A DNA stretch of 32,000 nt, taken from the NCBI RefSeq assembly GCF_000025685.1, contig NC_013967.1:2520001-2552000 (forward strand), given 5' to 3'. Positions 25,173 through 32,000 of this stretch are shown in pieces; within the stretch, counting starts at the first letter, position 1; each line of letters opens with the position of its first letter. A program made the position numbers and the translations under genes. The notes under the pieces are model-generated. The model ran no database searches, was not told the origin of the DNA, and worked only from the letters and a program-made list of their open reading frames with translations. This DNA is from Haloferax volcanii DS2 (GTDB taxonomy: Archaea; Halobacteriota; Halobacteria; Halobacteriales; Haloferacaceae).

Positions 25173-26164
25173 ACGTGGACGACCTCAGGAGCGTGCTTCG
25201 GACGGAGCGACAGAAAGACAGCCTACAGCACCTCCGCGAGTCGTTCTACGAGGACGTCGCGGAGTTCATCGCCGAGCAGAAGGCGAAACGCGAGCAGAAG
25301 GCCGAACAGCTCGGCACCCACTACTCGCCGGAGATTCGGCGGCTCACGGACGAAATCGAGACCGCGGAGGAGGTCGTCACCTCCATCTACGAGCGCCGCG
25401 TCGGCAAAGTCGTCAAGGCCGCGAGCTTCGCGGCCGCGGGGATGACCTCCGAGACGGACGGGCTGACCCGCGAGGAAAAGCGGCTGTTCGACGACCTCGT
25501 CGCCCGCATCGAGGAGAACCGCGGGACGGTGCTGTCCGCGCTCGAAGACGTGTCGGCCGCCGACTCCCCGCGGGGAGACGTTGCGGCGACCGACGTGACG
25601 ACCGCGGAGCCGGACGCGCCCGGGGATTCCGGGCCCGCGATTCCGCCGGACGAACCCGACCCGGAGACCGCGCCGACCGGCCCCGGAACCGACGCCAGCG
25701 CTCTCGAGGCCGTCACCGGCGACTTGGCCGCGGGCGACGTGCTCGCGGACGCGATGGGCGGCGGAACCGGCGGCGACGCCTCGAATGCGCAATCGACGCC
25801 CCAATCGGACGCCGACCGACCGGCCACCGAGGCCGCCGCGGTCTCCGGTGAGTCCGGGCCTTCGGACTCCGACGCTGCGAACTCCGGCTCTGCGGATTCC
25901 GGGCCCGCGATTCCCCCGGACGGCCCCGACCCGGAGACCGCGGCCCCGTCGGCGGGCGACACCGACACGGTGGAACCGTCCGCGGACGACCCGCTTTCCG
26001 GCCTCGCCGACGAGCGCGAGACGGTGCGCATCACCGCCGACGTGGGGACCATCCTCGGCGTCGACGAGCGCGAGTACGACCTCGCCACCGAGGACGTGGT
26101 GACGCTCCCGGCGGCCAACGCCGACCCGCTGGTCGAGCGCGGCGCGGCCGAGCGACTCGACTGA
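25169..26164 (+). CDS. ginS: GINS subunit (Gins51-type) with a long acidic low-complexity insertion
   Basis: ATGA overlap with priS. The N-terminal helical GINS A-domain pattern ([21 protein letters not shown]...IYERRVGKV) and the short C-terminal beta domain ([29 protein letters not shown]) are both present. The priS-ginS gene pairing is known in archaea. Confidence 0.75.
   Translation: MNVDDLRSVLRTERQKDSLQHLRESFYEDVAEFIAEQKAKREQKAEQLGTHYSPEIRRLTDEIETAEEVVTSIYERRVGKVVKAASFAAAGMTSETDGLTREEKRLFDDLVARIEENRGTVLSALEDVSAADSPRGDVAATDVTTAEPDAPGDSGPAIPPDEPDPETAPTGPGTDASALEAVTGDLAAGDVLADAMGGGTGGDASNAQSTPQSDADRPATEAAAVSGESGPSDSDAANSGSADSGPAIPPDGPDPETAAPSAGDTDTVEPSADDPLSGLADERETVRITADVGTILGVDEREYDLATEDVVTLPAANADPLVERGAAERLD
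25624..25942 (+). repeat. In-frame 49-bp direct repeat (copies at 25624-25672 and 25894-25942, 46/49 identical, 270 bp apart) inside ginS
   Basis: ggattccgggcccgcgattccgccggacgaacccgacccggagaccgcg versus ggattccgggcccgcgattcccccggacggccccgacccggagaccgcg. Both encode DSGPAIPPD(E/G)PDPETA. Confidence 0.85.
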
Positions 26165-26200
26165 GAAAGACCCTTCTTTCCGCCGCCTGAACAGGTGGCC

Positions 26201-26659
26201 ATGCTCGAACCCGGCGACGACGCCCCCGACTTCGAACTGCCCGACCAGCACGGCGACCTCGTCTCGCTGTCCGACTTCCGCGGCGAGCACGTCGTGGTTT
26301 ACTTCTACCCGCGCGCCGACACGCCGGGCTGTACCACCGAGGCCTGCGGCTTCCGCGACTCGTGGGACGAGTTCGAAGACCGCGACGCGACGGTCCTCGG
26401 CATCAGCGACGACCCCGTGTCTGACCTCGATTCGTTCGCCGAGAAGTACGACCTCCCCTTCACGCTCCTGTCGGACGAAGACGGCAGCGTCTCCGCGGCG
26501 TACGACTCCTACGGCGAGAAGAACATGTTCGGCAAGACGTTCGACGGCGTGTTCCGCAACTCCTACCTCGTCGGCCCCGACGGGACCGTCGAACGGGTCT
26601 ACGAGGGCGTCTCGCCCGACGGCCACGCCGACGAAATCCTCGCCGACCTCGACGGCTGA
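26201..26659 (+). CDS. bcp: Thiol peroxidase / peroxiredoxin, BCP (PrxQ) type
   Basis: VVVYFYPRADTPGCTTEACGFRD is the BCP active-site region with the CxxxxC pair. The ~152 aa length fits. Confidence 0.9.
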   Translation: MLEPGDDAPDFELPDQHGDLVSLSDFRGEHVVVYFYPRADTPGCTTEACGFRDSWDEFEDRDATVLGISDDPVSDLDSFAEKYDLPFTLLSDEDGSVSAAYDSYGEKNMFGKTFDGVFRNSYLVGPDGTVERVYEGVSPDGHADEILADLDG

Positions 26660-26944
26660 GCGGGCGGCCGGCCACTCCGCGCCCCCTCGCGTCGAACTGA
26701 CAACTACCGACCGAGTACATTCTTTACAAACGACGGGTGACACACCGCATTTCCGGTGAAATAAACGCAGAACTCGTTGATTATTTCGCATCCCGAGAAC
26801 CGCGTACCACTACGTAGCAGATGGGAGTGATATGAACGTGACGGTCGCACCGTCGCGTCGGGGTCTCCGGAACGGAAGATAGCGCCGTCGCTCAGTGGCT
26901 GGGACGCGTTCGAAAAATACGTCTGAGCGGGCGTTACGAGGCGC

Positions 26945-29209
26945 TTACTGGAAGGTGCGACCGACTTCCGTCTCGCGGTCGCGTTCGACCTCGCTCTTCT
27001 GGAAGCGCTCTTCGATTTCCTCGTAGCGGCGGCGCACGTCGTCGGTGACGCTCGCGCCGATTTCGTCGAGGGCGTCCTCGAAGTGATCCATCGTCACGCG
27101 GACGTTGCCGACGCTCTCGCCGATTTCCTCTTTTTGGACGCTCCGGATGAACTCGCGGGAGGCGTTCATCGACGCCTCGCGGGCGAGCGCTTCGAGGTCG
27201 GCACCGACGTAGCCGTCGGTCTTCGACGCGATTTTATCGAGGTTCACGTCGTCCGCGAGCGGCTTTTCGCGGGTGTGCACGTCGAGGATGGCGCGGCGGG
27301 CGTCCTCGTCGGGCACGGGCACGTGGACGTGGCGGTCGAGGCGACCGGGGCGCAGGAGCGCCGAGTCGATGAGGTCCGGCCGGTTGGTCGTCGCGATGAC
27401 GACCACGTCTTCGAGCGCTTCGAGACCGTCGAGTTCGGTGAGCAGTTGGGAGACGACGCGCTCGGTGACGCCCGAACTCGACGAATCGCGGCCGCGCTCG
27501 GTCGCGATGGAGTCGATTTCGTCGAAGAACACCACCGTCGGGGCGTTCTCGCGGGCCTTCTTGAACACCTCGCGGACGCCCTTTTCGGACTCGCCGACGA
27601 ACTTGTTCAGGAGTTCGGGGCCCTTGATGGAGATGAAGTTCGACTCCGCCTCGTTGGCGACGGCCTTCGCCAGCAGGGTCTTCCCCGTGCCCGGCGGGCC
27701 GTACATTAGGACGCCCTTGGCGGCGTCCATGTCCATCTGCTGGAACACCTCGGGGTATTCGAGGGGCCACTGGATGGTTTCGCGGAGGCGCTCTTTGGTG
27801 GGTTCGAGTCCGCCCACGTCCTCCCACGTCACGTCGGGGACCTCGACGAACACCTCGCGGAGCGCCGAGGGTTCGATGCTCTTGAGCGCCTGCTTGAAGT
27901 CGTCTTCCGTGACTTTGAGGCCTTCGAGCACTTCGGCGTCTATCTCCTCGGCGTCGAGATCGAGCTGCGGGCGGATGCGCCGCAGGGCGTGCATCGCCGA
28001 CTCCTTGGCCAGCGATTCGAGGTCGGCCCCGACGAAGCCGTGGGTGCTGTCGGCGTAGGCGTCGAGGTCCACGTCGTCGGTCAGCGGCATGTTCCGCGTG
28101 TGGACCTGCATGATTTCCTTGCGGCCGTCGCGGTCCGGCACGCCGATTTCGATTTCGCGGTCGAAGCGGCCGCCGCGGCGCAGCGCGTTGTCGATGGCGT
28201 CCACGCGGTTGGTCGCGCCGATGACGACGACCTCGCCGCGCTCGTCGAGACCGTCCATGAGCGACAGCAGTTGGGCGACGACGCGGCGTTCCACGTCACC
28301 GCCGGCCTCGCTGCGCTTGGGCGCGATGGAGTCTATCTCGTCGATGAAGACGATGGCGGGCGAGTTCTCCGTCGCCTCCTCGAAGATTTCGCGGAGCTGT
28401 TCTTCGGACTCCCCGTAGTACTTCGACATAATCTCCGGGCCGGAGATGGTGTGGAACGAGGCGTCGATTTCGTTGGCGACGGCCTTCGCGATGAGGGTCT
28501 TGCCCGTCCCCGGCGGGCCGTGGAGGAGCACGCCTTTCGGCGGCTCGATGCCGAGGCGCTTGAACAGTTCGGGGTGGCGCATCGGGAGTTCAATCATCTC
28601 CCGGACCTGTTCGAGCTCCTTGTCGAGGCCGCCGATGTCCTCGTAGGTGACGGAGGGGCCACCGTCGTCACCCGGCGAAGCATCCGAAATCTGCTCGGCG
28701 GGCTTCTGGCTCACCTGGAACTCGGTGTTGTCGGTGACGACGACGGTCCCGTCGGGGTCCGTCGACGCGATTTTGATGGGGACCGACTGGTTCGACGCGC
28801 TCATGAAGCCGAAGCCGAGCGGAAGCTGGACGCTCTGACCCTGTGCGACCGGCTGGCCCGAGAGCTTGTCGCGGATGTACGTCCCGATGTTGCCGCCGAT
28901 GCGGAGGTTCTGCGGGAGCGCGATGGTGACGCGCTTTGCGGGCGTCACGTCGGCTTTCTCCACGTCGACGCGCTCGTCGATGCCGACACCGGCCTGCTGG
29001 CGGAGGCGGCCGTCGATGCGGATGATGCCCGTCCCCTGGTCTTCGGGGTAGCCGGGCCAGACGCGGGCGATGGCGGTCCCGTCGTTCGGACCGTCGATGC
29101 GGATGAAATCCCCGCCTTCGAGGTCGAGTTCCGCGGCCGCGGCTCGGTCGATGGCGGCGAGCCCGCGGCCGGCGTCCTTCTGTTTGAGGGGTTTGACGAT
29201 GAGTTTCAT
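26945..29209 (-). CDS. cdc48: CDC48/VCP-type AAA+ ATPase (two AAA domains plus an N-domain)
   Basis: 754 aa. N-domain [21 protein letters not shown]...GDFIRIDG, two Walker A motifs GPPGTGKT, two Walker B DEID motifs and second-region-of-homology motifs. Confidence 0.93.
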   Translation of the reverse strand: MKLIVKPLKQKDAGRGLAAIDRAAAAELDLEGGDFIRIDGPNDGTAIARVWPGYPEDQGTGIIRIDGRLRQQAGVGIDERVDVEKADVTPAKRVTIALPQNLRIGGNIGTYIRDKLSGQPVAQGQSVQLPLGFGFMSASNQSVPIKIASTDPDGTVVVTDNTEFQVSQKPAEQISDASPGDDGGPSVTYEDIGGLDKELEQVREMIELPMRHPELFKRLGIEPPKGVLLHGPPGTGKTLIAKAVANEIDASFHTISGPEIMSKYYGESEEQLREIFEEATENSPAIVFIDEIDSIAPKRSEAGGDVERRVVAQLLSLMDGLDERGEVVVIGATNRVDAIDNALRRGGRFDREIEIGVPDRDGRKEIMQVHTRNMPLTDDVDLDAYADSTHGFVGADLESLAKESAMHALRRIRPQLDLDAEEIDAEVLEGLKVTEDDFKQALKSIEPSALREVFVEVPDVTWEDVGGLEPTKERLRETIQWPLEYPEVFQQMDMDAAKGVLMYGPPGTGKTLLAKAVANEAESNFISIKGPELLNKFVGESEKGVREVFKKARENAPTVVFFDEIDSIATERGRDSSSSGVTERVVSQLLTELDGLEALEDVVVIATTNRPDLIDSALLRPGRLDRHVHVPVPDEDARRAILDVHTREKPLADDVNLDKIASKTDGYVGADLEALAREASMNASREFIRSVQKEEIGESVGNVRVTMDHFEDALDEIGASVTDDVRRRYEEIEERFQKSEVERDRETEVGRTFQ

Positions 29210-29461
29210 TTACTTGGTGAGGGTGATGGTGAGCACGCCGTTTCGAACCGCCACGTCGGCGTCGCCGCCGGCGGGGAGTTCGAACTCAGTCTCGGTCACG
29301 CGGTCGCCGGTGTCGGCCACGACGATGGCCGTCGACCCGACGATGTCCACGTCGACCTCGTCTTCCGAGAGACCCACGTCGGCCGCGATGACCCAGCTGT
29401 CTTCGTATTCGTACCGGCGAATGAACCGCTCGTTCCCGCCGGCGAACTGTTGCATGCTCAT
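29210..29461 (-). CDS. Minimal alpha-crystallin-domain (Hsp20-like) protein, 83 aa
   Basis: WVIAADVGLSEDEVDVDIVG and the terminal NGVLTITLTK match sHSP ACD strands. There is no N-terminal arm and no C-terminal IxI extension. Its TAA stop is immediately followed by the cdc48 ATG. Confidence 0.65.
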   Translation of the reverse strand: MSMQQFAGGNERFIRRYEYEDSWVIAADVGLSEDEVDVDIVGSTAIVVADTGDRVTETEFELPAGGDADVAVRNGVLTITLTK

Positions 29462-29505
29462 GGTGAGTCTAACCCAAGGTTAGCGTTTTAAGTATATAAG
29501 CCTTT
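29462..29505 (-). promoter_or_regulatory. Putative promoter of the ACD-cdc48 operon: TATA-like tttaagtatataa (29487-29499) and palindrome CTAACC-N3-GGTTAG (29469-29483)
   Basis: Read directly. The TATA centre is ~33 bp upstream of ATG 29461, and the perfect 6-bp inverted repeat lies between the TATA box and the start codon. Confidence 0.4.
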
Positions 29506-29712
29506 CTCAGGCGAATCGGGTGACGACACCGATATGTCGCATTTCGGTTGAATTGCGGTTCACAGTCGCCACGCCTCACCGAGTAGTTCGCGGCGGAGTA
29601 ACGTCAAACTAGTGGCCTCGGCAGCGGGCCGCCCGGTCGACCGACTCGCTCCGCCGCCGAAACTCGGTGCCGGGGTGGGGGTTTATTGGCTCGCGGCGAC
29701 CAGTTTCGAGGT

Positions 29713-30495
29713 ATGGAGACGGCTTCGGTGGACCACCACGGACGGGAGACAGCCTATCGACACCGCGACGCGGGGGGCGAGGGACCGACGCTCCTCTGCG
29801 TCCACGGCAGCGGCGGCGCACACGGCGTCTGGCGCGGCCAGTTCCGCCTCGCGAGCGACTACCCGGTCGCCGCACTGGACCTGAGCGGCCACGGCGACAG
29901 CGACGACGTGGACGCCGACGCCGGCTACGAGACGCTGTCGGCCTACGTCGACGACGTGGTCGCCGTGGCCGAGGAGACCGACGCGAGCGTCCTCGTCGGC
30001 AACTCGCTCGGCGGCGCAGTCGTCCTGACGCTCGCGCTCGAACGCGACCTCGACCTCGACGCGCTCGTCCTCGCGGGCACGGGCGCGAAACTCGCCGTGC
30101 TCTCGGACCTGTTGGACTGGCTCGAAAACGACTTCGACCGCGCCGTCTCCTTCCTCCACGGCGAGGACAAACTGTTCCACACCGACGACGAGCGCCTCGT
30201 CGAGGGCTCCAAAGAAGCGATGTACGACGCCGGACAGGCGGTCACCCTCCGAGACTTCCTGTCGTGTCACACGTTCGACGTGCGCGACGAAGTGAGCGAG
30301 ATTTCGGTGCCGACGCTCGCGCTCGTCGGCGAGTACGACCGCCTGACGCCGCCGTCGTACCACGAGTACCTCGCGGAGACGATGCCCGACGGCGAACTCG
30401 GGACCGTCGAAGACGCCGCGCACCTCGCGATGCTCGAACGGCCGGCGGCGTTCAACGAGGCCGTGAAGTCGTTCCTCGACCGCCGCGTGGCGTAA
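29713..30495 (+). CDS. Alpha/beta-fold hydrolase
   Basis: HGSGG oxyanion region, nucleophile elbow GNSLGG, and a C-terminal AAH catalytic His region. ATG 29713 was chosen over TTG 29686 because a gtttattgg box lies ~28 bp upstream. Confidence 0.8.
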   Translation: METASVDHHGRETAYRHRDAGGEGPTLLCVHGSGGAHGVWRGQFRLASDYPVAALDLSGHGDSDDVDADAGYETLSAYVDDVVAVAEETDASVLVGNSLGGAVVLTLALERDLDLDALVLAGTGAKLAVLSDLLDWLENDFDRAVSFLHGEDKLFHTDDERLVEGSKEAMYDAGQAVTLRDFLSCHTFDVRDEVSEISVPTLALVGEYDRLTPPSYHEYLAETMPDGELGTVEDAAHLAMLERPAAFNEAVKSFLDRRVA

Positions 30496-30538
30496 GTCGT
30501 CGCAACCGGGCGCGAGCGCGGGTCTCGGGGTCGCGCGC

Positions 30539-31348
30539 TCAGTACAGTTCGTCGAGGTCGTCTTCGACGTGGCTGTGTTCGTCGGCCGGGAACTCACCGG
30601 CCTCGACGGCGTCCCGGTACGCGCCGACCGCCTTCTCCATCTCCGATTTCACGTCGCCGAACTGGGTCGCGAAGGGCGGGGTGCGGTCGCTCATGCCGAC
30701 CACGTCGTCGACGACGAGCACCTGCCCGTCGCAGTCGGGGCCCGCGCCGATGCCGATTGTCGGGATGTCGATGGCCTCTGTGACCTGTTTCGCGAGGTTC
30801 GCCGGGACGTGTTCGAGGACGAGCGAGAACGCGCCCGCCTCGGCGTGGGCCTTCGCGAGGTCGAGAATCTCCTGTGCGTCGTCGCGGTCGGTGCCCTGCC
30901 TGCCGTAGCCGACCTCCTTGACGCGCTGGGGCGTTAGCCCGAGGTGGGCCATCACGGGGACGCCGAGTCGGACGAGGCGTTCGGTCAACTCGACGGTGTG
31001 GGGACCGCACTCCAGTTTGACCGCGTCGGCGTCGGCCTCCTTGAGCATCCGGCCGCAGTGCTCGACGCTCGACGCCTCGTCCACGCCGACCGAGAGGAAG
31101 GGCATATCAGCGACGACGAGGGCGTCGTCGGTCGCGCGCGCCACCGCGGCGGTTCGGCTCGCCACGTCCTCGACGGTCACCGGGAGCGTCGAGTCGTAGC
31201 CGAGCGCCGTGTTACCCATGCTGTCGCCGACGAGGACGATGTCGATGCCCGCCTCGTCGACGACGCCCGCGGTCGGCGCGTCGTACGCCGTGAGCATCGT
31301 GATGGGCTCGCTACCAGCCTTCGCCCGAATGGACCGTACCGTGACCAT
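30539..31348 (-). CDS. panB: 3-methyl-2-oxobutanoate hydroxymethyltransferase (ketopantoate hydroxymethyltransferase)
   Basis: ITMLTAYD, VLVGDSMGN, VVADMPF, GADAVKLE and HLGLTPQ motifs are colinear with PanB. The start was trimmed to ATG 31348 (MVTVRSIRAK), with a TATA-like gataac ~25 bp upstream. Confidence 0.9.
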   Translation of the reverse strand: MVTVRSIRAKAGSEPITMLTAYDAPTAGVVDEAGIDIVLVGDSMGNTALGYDSTLPVTVEDVASRTAAVARATDDALVVADMPFLSVGVDEASSVEHCGRMLKEADADAVKLECGPHTVELTERLVRLGVPVMAHLGLTPQRVKEVGYGRQGTDRDDAQEILDLAKAHAEAGAFSLVLEHVPANLAKQVTEAIDIPTIGIGAGPDCDGQVLVVDDVVGMSDRTPPFATQFGDVKSEMEKAVGAYRDAVEAGEFPADEHSHVEDDLDELY

Positions 31349-31487
31349 GCGTGTCGTTCGCGCGTCCGGGTTATCAGCGTCACCCTTGCGCGCCGCCGAC
31401 CGCGAGTCGCCGGGAGTCGCGCCGGTCGCCCCGACCTGCGATTGAAGTAACACTTTACTTAGGAGGGCGCGCCTGTCCGAACGACGC

Positions 31488-31994
31488 ATGCCCGCTTTAG
31501 CACCCTCCGAGCGCCGCTCGTCCCGCGGCATCTCCCCGGTCGTCGGCGTCTCGCTTCTCGTCGTCATCGTCGTCCTCCTCGCCGCGATGGTCGGGATGAT
31601 GGTGATGGGGTTCGAAGACGTGCTCTCCGAGCCGCAACCGCAGGTGTCGTTCGACGTGGACTACCACCCCGACGGCGTCGACAACGGCGCGAACGGCGCG
31701 TACATCAACATCACCCACGAGTTCGGCAGTCTCGAAGACGGCAGTCGGGTGTTCGTCGTCGACGACGCCAACAACCGAATCGCGTGGGAAGACGTGTGGA
31801 CCGGCGGCGAGACGGTCGGTCCCGCGGGCGAGTACGCCCACATCGACGGTGCCGGCTCCGACAGCGCGCTGAAGCCCATCTGCGAGGCGGGCCAGCGCTA
31901 CCGGGTCGTCATCGAACACGAAGACGGGTCGTCGAGTATCCTCGTCGACTACGAGATTCCGACCGAGCCGACCTCCAAAAGCGCCGCCTGCTGA
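31488..31994 (+). CDS. Archaeal type IV pilin-like protein (class III signal peptide, DUF1628-type N-terminus)
   Basis: A charged N-terminus is followed by SRG-ISPVVGVSLLVVIVVLLAAMVG, the archaeal pilin N-terminal motif. A TATA-like actttactta lies ~30 bp upstream. Confidence 0.7.
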   Translation: MPALAPSERRSSRGISPVVGVSLLVVIVVLLAAMVGMMVMGFEDVLSEPQPQVSFDVDYHPDGVDNGANGAYINITHEFGSLEDGSRVFVVDDANNRIAWEDVWTGGETVGPAGEYAHIDGAGSDSALKPICEAGQRYRVVIEHEDGSSSILVDYEIPTEPTSKSAAC

Positions 31995-32000
31995 GCGACG

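Noticed and set aside
25624-25942. Direct repeats (the ginS 49-mers and the 12259-12300 hexamers) considered as possible CRISPR or mobile-element termini.
   Set aside because: There are only two copies of the 49-mer, they are in frame inside a coding region, and they encode the same peptide. The hexamer tract is a 42-bp microsatellite. Neither has the repeat-spacer periodicity of CRISPR or the inverted termini of an IS element.
26878-26925. tRNA-like fragments (gctcagtggctggga resembling a D-loop, gcgttcgaaaaat resembling a T-loop) that might mark a tRNA gene or an integration-site remnant.
   Set aside because: I could not fold a cloverleaf. There is no 7-bp acceptor stem, no anticodon arm, the T-stem has only a 4-bp possibility, and the loop sizes are wrong. 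No integrase or flanking direct repeat is present.
29581-29600. GAGTA-N10-GAGTA direct repeat in the divergent ACD-cdc48/hydrolase spacer as another TrmB-type site.
   Set aside because: Only the GAGTA half-site is present, as a direct rather than inverted repeat. No TACT partner lies at N7-8 spacing. It also lies >80 bp from either TATA-like box.
31349-31567. N-terminal extensions offered by the ORF track for panB (to 31567), the ABC ATPase (to 19350), the TrmB gene (from 14381), the hydrolase (TTG 29686), the AKR (GTG 23898) and bcp (GTG 26195).
   Set aside because: The extensions translate to R/S/G-rich junk or overlap the neighbouring gene. Internal ATG codons give canonical family N-termini and sit ~25-32 bp downstream of AT-rich TATA-like boxes.

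Overview
This is a GC-rich, densely coding archaeal chromosome segment, almost certainly from a haloarchaeon (class Halobacteria). The evidence is strongly acidic proteins, dodecin, a PriS/GINS/Cdc48 cluster, a TrmB-family regulator, a Tat+lipobox solute-binding protein and a class III (pilin-type) signal peptide. I support about 31 protein-coding genes and one interrupted gene. I found no rRNA or tRNA genes, no CRISPR array, and no transposase, integrase or other recognisable mobile element.

Gene content, left to right:
- 3' part of an FAD/Fe-S oxidase, then a class-V aminotransferase
- two small exported or anchored proteins
- mntH, hisD, an IscA/HesB Fe-S carrier
- a small zinc-ribbon protein and a 114-aa orphan
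- two overlapping paralogous membrane proteins
- a wHTH regulator, dodecin, a 5'-nucleotidase, Usp and MscS
- a PAC2 proteasome-assembly-chaperone gene broken by one in-frame TGA
- a TrmB regulator and a membrane/zinc-ribbon protein
- a Gfo/Idh/MocA oxidoreductase
- a 67-aa basic membrane miniprotein tailing a four-gene sugar ABC-transporter operon
- an aldo/keto reductase
- priS-ginS (overlapping), bcp
- an alpha-crystallin-domain miniprotein abutting cdc48
- an alpha/beta hydrolase, panB and a pilin-like protein

Many start codons lie about 25-32 bp downstream of short AT-rich TATA-like boxes, which suggests leaderless or short-leader mRNAs. I used this to trim several ORF-track N-termini.

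Most of the window looks like ordinary housekeeping DNA, and I cannot demonstrate a novel multi-gene system from sequence alone. The observations most worth follow-up are:
1. TACT-N7/8-AGTA palindromes in both the TrmB gene promoter and the very AT-rich control region of the sugar ABC operon.
2. The single in-frame TGA splitting the PAC2 gene.
3. The basic 67-aa membrane protein behind a C+A-rich spacer at the end of the ABC operon.
4. The minimal alpha-crystallin-domain gene joined TAA-ATG to cdc48, with a palindrome at its promoter.
5. The tandem paralogous membrane-protein pair with a GTGA overlap.
6. An in-frame 49-bp duplication inside the acidic insert of ginS.

All family assignments come from motif recognition by eye; no database search was possible.
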